DNA of 64,000 nucleotides from Myxococcota bacterium. GTDB lineage: Bacteria > Myxococcota_A > UBA796 > CAJQPC01. Made by a program: the position numbers and the translations under genes. The notes beneath the pieces were generated by a model. That model did not search any database, was not told the origin of the DNA, and saw only the letters and a program-made list of their open reading frames with translations. Shown piece by piece: positions 9,745 through 19,283 of the stretch (position 1 is the first letter of the stretch; every line of letters starts with the position of its first letter). The stretch spans positions 32,001 through 96,000 of the forward strand of contig JAZAMN010000024.1 in the NCBI GenBank assembly GCA_036229005.1, given 5' to 3'.

Positions 9745-11442
9745 ATGCTCCTGCTATCCCTTCTCGCCTGCGGCGGGGACCTGCGCGGCCCCCTCAAGTC
9801 CACCCTCCTGTCCGCCGAGGCCCTGGCCCCCAACCGGGCCCAGCTCAGCTTCTGGCTCCGCGACGCGGACGGCCTGGGGGTGGACGACTGGTCCCCGGAT
9901 GAGCTCAGCCTGGAGGTCGAGGGGGAGTTGGTGGACGCCAGCTTCGTGCCCACCTCCGAGCGCGACCTGCGCACCCCATGGATCCTGCTGCTGGATGTCA
10001 GCGAGGACGGGGATCTGCAGGCCACCTTCGACGTGGCCCAGGCGCTGCTGGACGCCCGGGAGCCTGGCCAACCCGCACAGATCCTGGCCTTCGCCGATGG
10101 CGTCGAGACCCTCAGCCCCCTGACCAGCGACGGGGAGACGCTCCAGGCGGCCCTGGACGGCTTCAGTGCGATGGGACCCACCACAAACCTCCGGGACGCC
10201 GTGCTGGTCTCGCTGGGGGAGTGGGAGGACTCGTTGCTCGCGAACACCGGTCTACAACGCGGTGTGCTGGTGGTGGTGTCCGACGGCGGGCAGGGACCGG
10301 ATCCGACCACCAGCGAGGACATCGCGGCGGCGGCCGGGGACAAGGCCATCGTGGGCGTGGATCTGGGGGCCGGGAAGGACCTGGAGGTCCTGGCCACCGC
10401 GGGCGTGGCGCAGGACGCGGCGGGGGCCGTGGAGCTGGTGCAGCGGGCCAGCGGTGCGGTCATTGTGGCCACCTGGTGCAGCGACGCGGACGCCGACTTT
10501 GTGTTTGGTGTGGACTTTCGGCGCGGTCGGCTGCGCAGCTCCTTCACAGGCACCATCCCCGCCTCCGGCTTCGGCGCGGTGGGGCTGGAGAACACAAACC
10601 CTCTGCCCGAGCCCATCCGGGACCTCAACGGGGTGATCCTTGGCGACTGGCTGATCGTGGGAGGTGGAGACGCCGACGGCTCCACCTACAGCGCGCCCAT
10701 CCTGCCCGATGGCCGCCTGGGCCACTGGCGCACCGGCGCACAGATCCCCAGCGGCGAGAACACCCGGATGCACGGCGTCGGCGAGAGTCTGTACGCGGTG
10801 AACGGGGACCAGGCCTGGGTGTCCTCGCTGGTGGATGGGGTCGTACAGAGTTGGGAGGAGATGGAGTCACCGGGGTATGCCAACCAGCTCCGCAGCGACG
10901 ACAGCAGCCTCTACTCCATCGCCCGACAGAGGGTGTTCCAGGCCAGCGCAGGTGGGGGCGCTGTGGGCGCGTGGTCTGTGTCTGAAGACATCCCGGAGGG
11001 GGGGCTGGACAACTACGTGGGCGGCGGCATCGCCGGCGGGACTCTGTACGTGGTCGGCTCCTGGCGCAGCGGGCCGGGGGAGGCCTGGGAGAGCCGCGGC
11101 TGGTTCACCGACGCACAGTCCATGGACGCGTGGACGGAGCTCACCCTGCCCGGCGGCTACCTGGGCACCTGGCTGTCTGTGGCGGATGACGGCGAGCGCC
11201 TGCTGCTCCTGCCGGGCTCCGACGCGGACGACCGCCGCATCTGGATCGGCACACCCGACACAGACGGTCAGCTCCTGTGGGAGGAGGGACCCTCGCTGGC
11301 AATGGAGCGGGACGCATACTCCGCCGCGATGGATGAGCAGGGTCGCATCTATCTGCACGGTGGCGAGAGCGAGGACGGTCTGTTGCAGGTCGGGGTGCGC
11401 GGGCGTCTGGGCGAGGAGGGCCTGGAGTTGGTCTGTGAGTGA
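9745..11442 (+). CDS. Lipoprotein with vWA-like and Kelch-like domains
   Basis: LLAC lipobox; LLLDVS...VVVSDG vWA motifs; IVGGG and YLHGG kelch-like motifs. Confidence 0.6.
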   Translation: MLLLSLLACGGDLRGPLKSTLLSAEALAPNRAQLSFWLRDADGLGVDDWSPDELSLEVEGELVDASFVPTSERDLRTPWILLLDVSEDGDLQATFDVAQALLDAREPGQPAQILAFADGVETLSPLTSDGETLQAALDGFSAMGPTTNLRDAVLVSLGEWEDSLLANTGLQRGVLVVVSDGGQGPDPTTSEDIAAAAGDKAIVGVDLGAGKDLEVLATAGVAQDAAGAVELVQRASGAVIVATWCSDADADFVFGVDFRRGRLRSSFTGTIPASGFGAVGLENTNPLPEPIRDLNGVILGDWLIVGGGDADGSTYSAPILPDGRLGHWRTGAQIPSGENTRMHGVGESLYAVNGDQAWVSSLVDGVVQSWEEMESPGYANQLRSDDSSLYSIARQRVFQASAGGGAVGAWSVSEDIPEGGLDNYVGGGIAGGTLYVVGSWRSGPGEAWESRGWFTDAQSMDAWTELTLPGGYLGTWLSVADDGERLLLLPGSDADDRRIWIGTPDTDGQLLWEEGPSLAMERDAYSAAMDEQGRIYLHGGESEDGLLQVGVRGRLGEEGLELVCE

Positions 11443-11445
11443 GGC

Positions 11446-12414
11446 TCAGCGGCCCTGCAGGTCACACCCGGGGATCTGTATCCGTGTTCGACGCTCCCCG
11501 TCGGCGTGGCCGCAGCGCACCTGTGTGAGGTCGGCGTCGGCGTAGCAGCAGTGGGACAGCATGCAGAGTCCCGGCCCCTGCAGCGGCAGGGGGTGCTCCC
11601 ATCCCTGCCGTCCGGTGCAGCTCATCTCTGTACCGTGTTGGATGCATGCGCCGGGCTGGGCGCCCATCGCGCCCAGGAGCGCGCCGGCCTTGGGGGTGTG
11701 TTGCCAGGGGGCGGCTGGGCGCTTCTTCTCACAGTCCGAGTCGGGGAGGCAGAAGTACATCGGGGCGCCGATGCAGGTGACCTGCCCGTCTGGTCCTGTC
11801 CCACACAGAGTGGACTGGCTGAGGCTCAGGTCGCGCAGCGGTTGGTCCAGGCTGGGGGGCTCCATGTCCAGGATGAAGCCACCCCGGCACGCGGTCGCCT
11901 CGTCGTTTGACGAGCAGAGCACGCTGTCGCTGCCGATGACCTCGCTGGCGCCAGGGAGCAGCTCTGTGTTCCATCCCTCGCAGGACCAGCCCGACGCGGT
12001 GTGCATGCAGACCTGCATGGGGCCCAGGACCACGCGGTCCACGGGAGCGTCCATCTGGAAGGCAGGCAGGTGCACGGGGTCGTCGTCGTCGATCTCCCGG
12101 CGCCACTTGCAGTGCACAGTCGCTGGGCTGGCGGCGAGCACGTAGCAAGCGCCGGAGGGGTTCCCGTCCCCGGTCAGCACCGGTTGGTCGGTCAAAAGAC
12201 CCAGGGGCGCCGGGTCGTCGGGGGGGACGTGCTCGTCGCAGCGGGCGCCCCCCGGACCAAACACACACCACCCATAACCGTGGTCATAGGCGAGCTCGCT
12301 CCAGCAGGCACGTCCGCGGTCGGGGGGCGGTGGGGTGGGGCGGGCGGCCTGGGGGACGGGCTGCAGCTCAGGGGCCGCGGGGCCCAGATCGCAGGCGAGC
12401 ATCAGGAGCAGCAT
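11446..12414 (-). CDS. Cys-rich lipoprotein (possibly degenerate RCC1-like repeats)
   Basis: MLLLMLAC; repeated LC....G.V.C.G motifs. Confidence 0.5.
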   Translation of the reverse strand: MLLLMLACDLGPAAPELQPVPQAARPTPPPPDRGRACWSELAYDHGYGWCVFGPGGARCDEHVPPDDPAPLGLLTDQPVLTGDGNPSGACYVLAASPATVHCKWRREIDDDDPVHLPAFQMDAPVDRVVLGPMQVCMHTASGWSCEGWNTELLPGASEVIGSDSVLCSSNDEATACRGGFILDMEPPSLDQPLRDLSLSQSTLCGTGPDGQVTCIGAPMYFCLPDSDCEKKRPAAPWQHTPKAGALLGAMGAQPGACIQHGTEMSCTGRQGWEHPLPLQGPGLCMLSHCCYADADLTQVRCGHADGERRTRIQIPGCDLQGR

Positions 12415-12447
12415 CGGGAGTCCGTGTCAGGTGGGGGAGGCTGTCTC

Positions 12448-13557
12448 TCAGGCCAGCGACGGCGCCTCCAGGCTGGCCAGCTTGCGCTCCCCCTGTCCGA
12501 TACGCTCGCACAACTCATCCAGCAGGTCGAAGAGCATCTGGTTGTCCCGGGGGGTGTAGTCCATCAGCGCCTGCTGGTAGTCGTCCAGACGGGACAGCCA
12601 GTCCTCGACGATGCCGCGGTTCAACAGAGGGGAGAAGGCCCCGTAGCCCAGAGAGGTGAGGTAGCGTGCGTTGAGTTGCTGTTCGTATTGCCCCTTCAAG
12701 GGCACGCTGAGCATGGGCACCCGCAGGTGGACAGCCTCGCCCATGAGACTGTATCCCCCGCCGGCGATCACTCCGCGGGCGGTGCGCAGGTCGTCGATGA
12801 AGCCCTGCTCAGAGAAGCTGCGTAGCGTACAGTTCCCGAGCTGCTCGTCCCGGTTGAGGCCGTAGACGCGGAAAGGCAGGTCCAGGGACTGTAGGACAGG
12901 CAGGAGCTGCTGGTTGGCGTCGGCGGTCTGGTAGACCAGGATGTGTTCGCCAGGCTCTCTGTGTGCGGACAGGATCTCCGGGCGCAGGATGGGCGGGACC
13001 AGGGTGGTGCGCTTCTTGCGGATGGGCGGCGTGAAGAAGGTGGTGATCAGGTAGTGGTCGCAGCGGGGCAGCTTGGACTTGACCGCCAGCCGGGCCAGGC
13101 GGAAGTCTGGGTGACCGCCATCTGTGATGAATGGGCTGTGCTTGCAGCGGTTGATGATCTGCATGTTGTCCAGGCTGATCACCGGCACCTTGTGGCGGCG
13201 GGCGTAGGCGTGGCTCCAGCTCTCGAAGTCGGAGATCACCAGCTCGGGGTGGTAGTCCCCCAGGTGCTGTCTGTAGGCGCTCAGGTTCTGTACGATGCCC
13301 GCGCGCGCGCCCTGGAGGTTGGACAGCAGGGAGCGGCCCTTTCGCACCCGGTTGTCCGAGTAGACCATGTGCAGCCCGGTGATCTCATCAATGCGCAGGC
13401 CGGGGCGATCCCCCAGGCGCTCGGTGAGGAAGCGGTGCGCGCGACCGCTGACCACGACGCGGACTGTGTGAGACTGTGAGAGCAGGTGCTCGATCACCAC
13501 CCGGGACCGGGTGGCGTGGCCCATGCCTTCGCCGACGACGCCATAGAGGATTCTCAT
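12448..13557 (-). CDS. MJ1255/VC2487-family glycosyltransferase
   Basis: MRILYGVVGEGMGHATRS, ISDFE and GQYEQQLNA motifs. Confidence 0.88.
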   Translation of the reverse strand: MRILYGVVGEGMGHATRSRVVIEHLLSQSHTVRVVVSGRAHRFLTERLGDRPGLRIDEITGLHMVYSDNRVRKGRSLLSNLQGARAGIVQNLSAYRQHLGDYHPELVISDFESWSHAYARRHKVPVISLDNMQIINRCKHSPFITDGGHPDFRLARLAVKSKLPRCDHYLITTFFTPPIRKKRTTLVPPILRPEILSAHREPGEHILVYQTADANQQLLPVLQSLDLPFRVYGLNRDEQLGNCTLRSFSEQGFIDDLRTARGVIAGGGYSLMGEAVHLRVPMLSVPLKGQYEQQLNARYLTSLGYGAFSPLLNRGIVEDWLSRLDDYQQALMDYTPRDNQMLFDLLDELCERIGQGERKLASLEAPSLA

Positions 13558-13590
13558 GGGCGGAGTGTACCGCCCTTTGCGCCGGGGAAC

Positions 13591-14886
13591 TCAGAAGCCC
13601 AGGCCCAGGCTCTCCAGAGAGACCACGCCGGTGGAGGGGGCTTGCTCCTGGTAGCCGAGCTCGCGCAGCATGGGGCCGGCCTGGCGCTCGATGGCGTCCA
13701 GATCCTGGGGCTCCAGAGTCTGTGTCCAGGTGAGGTTGGCGCTGCGGTAGATGGGCTGGGCGGCCTCCAGGCTGCTGGTCTCCCCCAGAGGGAAGTCCTG
13801 CTTGGCCAGGTGGTGCTCCAACACAGCGGGCTCCCAGGGCTCGTTCAGCCAGGCCAGGACGCGACGCATGGTGGCTTCGGGCTGGTGGACCAGGTCTTCG
13901 TACCGGACCTCCAGGTAGCGGCCGTCGCCCGGGTCCTGCTGGCGGATCTGTTGGATGTTGGCGGCCCAGTAGCGGGCGGCGTTCTCGACGCTCTCGCAGT
14001 ACCACACAGACTCGCCGGACTGGGGGTCGCTCCAGTTGACCTTCATCAGGCTGTTCACGACGGCGCGGCCGTCCCGGATGACGTGGATGAAGCGGCCGCG
14101 GGGGAAGATGCGGGCCAGGGTCTTCATGTGGAGGAGGTTGCCGGGGGTCTTCTCGGCCACCCGGGGTGCACCGCTCCCCCAATCGGCCATCAGCGAATCG
14201 ATGAAGGCTTTGGTGGCCCGGTCGAGGTGCTGCGTGGTGACGCCGGCCTGGTGGGTGGCGGTGCGGTCCCAGCGGGCGTGCATGGCACACAGATCCCGGA
14301 TGACCTTGGTCTCGGGGCCGGCGTGGAAGCGGGAGTGGGCGTTGAGCATGGCGCGGAACAGGGTGGTGCCGCTGCGGGGGCAGCCGCCGATGAACACCCA
14401 GGGGGCGGCGTCGGGGAGCTCGGCCTCCATGTGGGTGAGGACGGCCTCGACCTGCTGGGCCATCTGGGGGGCGATGGCGTGGGCGCGGGCGGAGTGCAGG
14501 GACTCGACGATGGCGATCTGGCCCAGGTTCACCAGGTTGCGCACCAGCGCGTCGATGTCGATGGGCTCCCGGGGCTCGCTGGTCAGGGGGACACCCTTGG
14601 CCAGAGCGTAGAGCAGGGGCTCGCCGTCGCCTTGGGGGGTGGGCTCGCCGGCGTAGCAGCTCAGGCGCACCAGCAGGTTGGGGTCGACCACGCCCGCGTC
14701 GTGGCTGGCCTGGATGAGGGCGGGGAGCGCCTCCAGATCCCCCATGGCCTCGGCGCAGAGGGCGGCCAGATGCCAGGCGCCGGAGGGCGGGGTTTCGGTG
14801 GCCAACAGGGGCGTCAGGGCTTCGGCGGCCTCCTGCAGCTTGCGCTGGGCGAAGAGGGCGCGGGCGGTGGCGAGGGGATCGGACAT
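13591..14886 (-). CDS. Sulfotransferase with N-terminal TPR-like region
   Basis: FIGGCPRSGTT (5'-PSB), EKTP, HVIRDGRAV (3'-PB), RYEDLV. ATG 14886 has an RBS. Confidence 0.88.
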   Translation of the reverse strand: MSDPLATARALFAQRKLQEAAEALTPLLATETPPSGAWHLAALCAEAMGDLEALPALIQASHDAGVVDPNLLVRLSCYAGEPTPQGDGEPLLYALAKGVPLTSEPREPIDIDALVRNLVNLGQIAIVESLHSARAHAIAPQMAQQVEAVLTHMEAELPDAAPWVFIGGCPRSGTTLFRAMLNAHSRFHAGPETKVIRDLCAMHARWDRTATHQAGVTTQHLDRATKAFIDSLMADWGSGAPRVAEKTPGNLLHMKTLARIFPRGRFIHVIRDGRAVVNSLMKVNWSDPQSGESVWYCESVENAARYWAANIQQIRQQDPGDGRYLEVRYEDLVHQPEATMRRVLAWLNEPWEPAVLEHHLAKQDFPLGETSSLEAAQPIYRSANLTWTQTLEPQDLDAIERQAGPMLRELGYQEQAPSTGVVSLESLGLGF

Positions 14887-14984
14887 GACGTCTCCAGCGA
14901 TGTCGGTCCATCGGTCCACGATCCCTGGGCTTTAGGCTCAACCGCGATCGGATCGGTCCGAAGGGGCTCACAAGGAGTCTGCCC

Positions 14985-16403
14985 ATGCTGGCCCGCATCT
15001 ACCCGCGCCTGACCCAAGGTGGCGCTGAGACCGAGATCCTGCACCTGCTCCAGGCCTGGCCGGGGACGCGGATGGTGGTCACCCACCTGGCGGGGGCGCG
15101 GGCGGACGAAGCCCAGCACTGGTGCGAGCTCCAGGTGCTCTCTGCCGGGCGCCGCTGGGAGTCGCTGGTGGAGTCGATGGAGGGTGTGCACACCGCGCAC
15201 CTGCACTGCATCAACCACCACCTGGCCCCGGCGCTGATGGCGCAGGTGGCGGGCGTGCCGCGCATCCTCCAGACGGTGCACAACGCCTTCGCACCGGAGA
15301 GCGCGGTGCTGGTGGACCACCAGATCGTGCCCAGCGCGGCGGTGGCGGGGATGCAGGACGAGCCGACGCTGTCCACGGTGGTGCCGAGCGGGGTGCCGGT
15401 GCCCAAGGAGCTGCCGCCCTTCCGGCCCTGGTACAAGGCGCACCGGCGGCCGCGGCTGATCGAGGTGCGGCGGGAGGACAAGGAGATGGCCTTCTCGCTG
15501 GTGGAGCTGGTGGAGTCCGGCGCGCTGGGGGAGGTCGAGCTCTGGGTGGTCGGGGTCGAGGGCCAGAGCTGTGGGCGGGTCCGCTACTTTGGGCAGGTCA
15601 GCGAGCCGGCCAAGCTGATCCGGCGCTGCGATGTGCTGGTCCACGCGTCGGGGGCGGAGAGCTACGGCCGCACGCCGCGGGAGGCGATGGCCGAGGGGGT
15701 GGTCGCTGCGGTCACGGCGCTGCCGCCCTTTGTGGAGGCCTTCGGCGATGAGGACGTGAGCTTCCTGCCCTCGGAGCCGGCGGGCGCCGCGCGGGTGCTC
15801 AAGGAGCTGCTGGCGCGCCTGGAGGCGGACGAGCACGCCCACGTCTCGACGCGCATCCGAAACCACACCCGGGTCGCGGCGCGGGAGTCGGTGGAGGTCA
15901 TGGTGGAGGCCCACCGACGGCTCTACTCGTGGAACTCGGCGCGGGACCGGCTGATCGAGCCCGGTGAGCTGCCGGACCCGGTGTCTACCGGAGGCAGGCT
16001 GGGGCGGATGCTGGACGGCGGGACGCCCGGTGACCTGCGGGACTATGGCCCCGCCGAGCAGGCGCTGAGCCTCTGGGTGCTGGTGCAGCAGGGGCGGCTG
16101 TCGGAGCGGCAGGTGCTGCCGGCGCTGGAGCGGGCCAACGGGCTGCTGCCCAACCGCTTCGCGATCCTGCGGGACCTGGGGCTCGCCCAGCTCAAGGCGA
16201 GGCGCTTTGGTGCAGCCCAGCGCAGCCTGGAGGAGGCCTGCGCCATCCGGCCGGCCTCGCGCTCGGCGTGGATGCTGCGCACCGAGGCGACCCTGAGCGC
16301 GCTGGGGCCCCGGGCCGCCGAGGTGGTGGTCCAGGCCGGCCTGGAACAGACCCAGGCGGCGGAGCTGTGGCGGCTGGGCGAGCGCTTGCGCCAGGTCGCC
16401 TGA
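14985..16403 (+). CDS. GT-B (GT4-like) glycosyltransferase with C-terminal TPR-like region
   Basis: GGAET at the N-terminus; DVLVHAS..ESYG...EAMAEG motif. Confidence 0.75.
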   Translation: MLARIYPRLTQGGAETEILHLLQAWPGTRMVVTHLAGARADEAQHWCELQVLSAGRRWESLVESMEGVHTAHLHCINHHLAPALMAQVAGVPRILQTVHNAFAPESAVLVDHQIVPSAAVAGMQDEPTLSTVVPSGVPVPKELPPFRPWYKAHRRPRLIEVRREDKEMAFSLVELVESGALGEVELWVVGVEGQSCGRVRYFGQVSEPAKLIRRCDVLVHASGAESYGRTPREAMAEGVVAAVTALPPFVEAFGDEDVSFLPSEPAGAARVLKELLARLEADEHAHVSTRIRNHTRVAARESVEVMVEAHRRLYSWNSARDRLIEPGELPDPVSTGGRLGRMLDGGTPGDLRDYGPAEQALSLWVLVQQGRLSERQVLPALERANGLLPNRFAILRDLGLAQLKARRFGAAQRSLEEACAIRPASRSAWMLRTEATLSALGPRAAEVVVQAGLEQTQAAELWRLGERLRQVA

Positions 16404-16409
16404 CGGGGG

Positions 16410-17885
16410 CTACTCCCCAAAGCCGCGGCGCACCCACAGGTTCAGGTAGCGGCCCTCGATCTCGAAGGACGCGGGGCGGTAGCGCGCCTGGAAGTCCTCG
16501 GGGAAGCCGGGCTCGGGCTCCAGCTCCCAGGGCCGCAGGGTGAAGACGCGGTCTTCAGGTAGGTAGAGGTCGGGGTCCTGGGCGAACACGTAGGCGGGGT
16601 CGCTGCGCTCGTGGCCGGCCAGCCCCGAGCCGAAGTCCTGGGTCTCGGCGCGCGCGATGTGCGGGTCGGTCAGGCCCCACATGTCGATGGTGTGGCGCCC
16701 GGCGTAGTAGGGGATCACGCCGGCGGAGTGGATGGCCAGCACGGTGTCCGGCGGGGTCTGGGCGGCGATCCAGTCGCCCACCAGGCGGCGGGCCTCCAGG
16801 TTGGCGTGGCGGTCCGCGGCGATGCGCTGGGCGCTCTGGAAGCTGCCCCACCCCTGCCAGGCGATCAGGGGCAGCGCCAGCGCGCCCACCCCCAGGGCGA
16901 TCTGCCGGTGGCGCTCCAGGGCCTCGCGCAGGCTGATGGCCGCCAGGGTGGCGAGCGCGGGCAGCACGGGCTGGATGAAGCGCCCGGTGGGCTTGAAGTC
17001 GCCGCCCACCGCCACGACGTAGGCCAGGTAGCCGCCAGCCACCACCGCGAGCACCACGCCGTCCTGGTCGCGGCCGCGGCGCCAGCGGAGCACGGGCCAG
17101 GCGAGCACCCCCAGGCAGAGCACCAGGTTCTGGGAGAAGAACCAGCCCAGGTAGCGGAGGCCCCGCTCCACAGCCAGCCCGCCGGTCTTGGCGTAGAAGG
17201 TGTTGGGCAGCGGCAGGCCGTAGGTGTGCAGGCGCCAGAGGGTCACGCCCACCAGCGTGAGCACCACGGGCCAGCACCCCAGCAGGCTGGCGCGTACCTG
17301 CGCGCTGAGTCGCCCCGGCGCCCGCACCCAGAGGCCCAGGTGGGCCAGGCCAAAGAGCAGCGCGCCCTCGGGGCGGGTGAGGCAGGCCAGGGCGAAGACC
17401 GCGCTGGAGCCCAGGTGGGCCTTGCCCTCGCGGCGCTCCAGCAGCAGGCGGTGCAGGCCCCAGGCGCTCATGGCCATGAAGGCGGCGGTCTCCAGACCCT
17501 CCACGGCCTCCAGGGCGACCAGGGGGTTGAGGGCGACCAGCAGGGGGGCGAGCAGCGCCGCCCAGTCCCGCTGGGGATCGGCGGCCAGCTTCCAGGTCCC
17601 CACCACGGCCAGGGCGAGGCTGGTCAGCCCCAGCAGGATGGAGCCCACCACCGGCTCGCCGCCCAGGGCCATCCACCCGGCCATCAGCAGGGTCCAGGAC
17701 AGGTTGGTGAAGCCCTCGACCGCCTGGCCCGGGTTGTAGACCAGCCCGTGCCCGGCCAGCAGGTTCTCCGCGTAGCGGAAGGAGATGAAGGCGTCGTCCT
17801 GGGTGCAGGCGCCGTAGGCCAGGCCCAGGGCCAAGGCGCCGGCGATCAGGGCCGCCAGGGGCAGCAGGTGGGGGGAGCGTCTCAC
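16410..17885 (-). CDS. Polytopic membrane GT-C-like glycosyltransferase
   Basis: DDAFISFRYAENL..G.GLVYN...VEGFT, GLET, RPEG and PNTFYAK motifs; many TM helices. Confidence 0.7.
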   Translation of the reverse strand: MRRSPHLLPLAALIAGALALGLAYGACTQDDAFISFRYAENLLAGHGLVYNPGQAVEGFTNLSWTLLMAGWMALGGEPVVGSILLGLTSLALAVVGTWKLAADPQRDWAALLAPLLVALNPLVALEAVEGLETAAFMAMSAWGLHRLLLERREGKAHLGSSAVFALACLTRPEGALLFGLAHLGLWVRAPGRLSAQVRASLLGCWPVVLTLVGVTLWRLHTYGLPLPNTFYAKTGGLAVERGLRYLGWFFSQNLVLCLGVLAWPVLRWRRGRDQDGVVLAVVAGGYLAYVVAVGGDFKPTGRFIQPVLPALATLAAISLREALERHRQIALGVGALALPLIAWQGWGSFQSAQRIAADRHANLEARRLVGDWIAAQTPPDTVLAIHSAGVIPYYAGRHTIDMWGLTDPHIARAETQDFGSGLAGHERSDPAYVFAQDPDLYLPEDRVFTLRPWELEPEPGFPEDFQARYRPASFEIEGRYLNLWVRRGFGE

Positions 17886-17894
17886 CCGCGCATC

Positions 17895-19283
17895 CTACCG
17901 CTTCTGCTTGAAGGCCTCGTAGGCGTCCAGGGCCCGCTGGCGGCCCTGCTTGAGGCCGATCAGCCGCTCGGGGCGGGCGTCCTCCGGGCTCTGACCCCAG
18001 CTCCGGGGGATGGTCTGGTACCAGAGCTCCGCGCCCTCGCCCTCCAGCCAGTAGGCCTGGTAGTCGCCGGCCTTGTCGTAGCGCTTGGCCTGCCCCTCCG
18101 GGTTGAAGACCCGGAAGTAGGGGGAGGCGTCCGGTCCGCTGCCGGCCACCCACTGCCAGCCCATCGCGTTGTTGGCCGGGTCGAAGTCCACCAGGGTGTC
18201 GGCGAACCAGGCCTCGCCGACCTGCCAGTGGGTCTGCAGGTGCTTGCACAGGTAGCTGGCGACGATCATGCGCACGCGGTTGTGCATCCAGCCGGTCACG
18301 TAGAGCTCGCGCATGCCGGCGTCCACGATGGGCTCGCCCGTCAGGGCGCGGCGCCAGCGCTCGGCGTCCTCGTTGTCCTCGCGCCAGGGGAACAGCGCCC
18401 ACTCCTCGCGCCAGTTGCCGGTCAGGAGCTGGGGAGTGTTGAACGCGAGCTGCCAGGCAAAGTCCCGCCACGCGATCTGGCGCATCCAGGCCTCGGCGCC
18501 AGGGTTGCCGTCCAGGTGGGCCTGCTGGGCGGCCGCGTAGGCCTCCCGCGCCGAGATCTCCCCCCAGGCCAGGTGCGCGCTGAGGCGAGAGGTGCGGCCC
18601 AGATCCGGGCGGTCCCGCAGCTCGGGGTATTCGGCCACGTCCTGCTCCAGGAACTCGCTCAGGCGGGCCTGCGCCGCCTGCTCCCCGGGGTCGATGCGCG
18701 CGGCGAAGATCCCGGCCACCCGGTCCATGCCGCGCTCCAGAGTCCACGCACGGATCACCTCGCTGGTGGGCCAGGTTTCGGGGGGTGTGAGGGCTGCGGG
18801 GGCTGGGAGTTGGGCCCCGATGTCCAGGGTCCTCAGCTTCTTCCAGAAAGGCGTGTAGACCTTGTAGGGGCCACCGCTGCCGGTCTGGATCGCCCAGGGC
18901 TCGTGGAGGGTGAGGCCGGGAAAGGACTGGACCTCGAGCCCGGCGTCCTGCAGGGCGGACTTGATGCCCTTGTCGCGCTCGGCGGTGTGGTACTCGCGGG
19001 TCCAGAAGACCTGCTCCGCGTCGCTCTCGCGGGCCAGCTCCAGCAGCACGGTCTGGGGGTCCCCCCGGCGGAGGATGAGGCGGCTCCCCAGCGCTCGGAG
19101 CTGCTCGGCATACCGCTCAAGACTCAGCTTCAACCACAGCTTGGCGGCGGCCCCGGTGCTGTCGAGGACATCGTCCAGCACAAAGACGGGGATCACGGCC
19201 GCGCCGCTCTGGGCGGCGTGGTGAAGGGCGGGGTGGTCGGACAGGCGTAGCTGCCGGCGGATCCAGACGATTGCGGGTCTCAG
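17895..19283 (-). CDS. phrB: Deoxyribodipyrimidine photolyase
   Basis: IVWIRRQLRLSDHPAL, TSRLSAHLAWGEIS, GWMHNRVRM, WQWVAG and YFRVFNP motifs. Probable CTG start at 19283. Confidence 0.9.
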   Translation of the reverse strand: MRPAIVWIRRQLRLSDHPALHHAAQSGAAVIPVFVLDDVLDSTGAAAKLWLKLSLERYAEQLRALGSRLILRRGDPQTVLLELARESDAEQVFWTREYHTAERDKGIKSALQDAGLEVQSFPGLTLHEPWAIQTGSGGPYKVYTPFWKKLRTLDIGAQLPAPAALTPPETWPTSEVIRAWTLERGMDRVAGIFAARIDPGEQAAQARLSEFLEQDVAEYPELRDRPDLGRTSRLSAHLAWGEISAREAYAAAQQAHLDGNPGAEAWMRQIAWRDFAWQLAFNTPQLLTGNWREEWALFPWREDNEDAERWRRALTGEPIVDAGMRELYVTGWMHNRVRMIVASYLCKHLQTHWQVGEAWFADTLVDFDPANNAMGWQWVAGSGPDASPYFRVFNPEGQAKRYDKAGDYQAYWLEGEGAELWYQTIPRSWGQSPEDARPERLIGLKQGRQRALDAYEAFKQKR

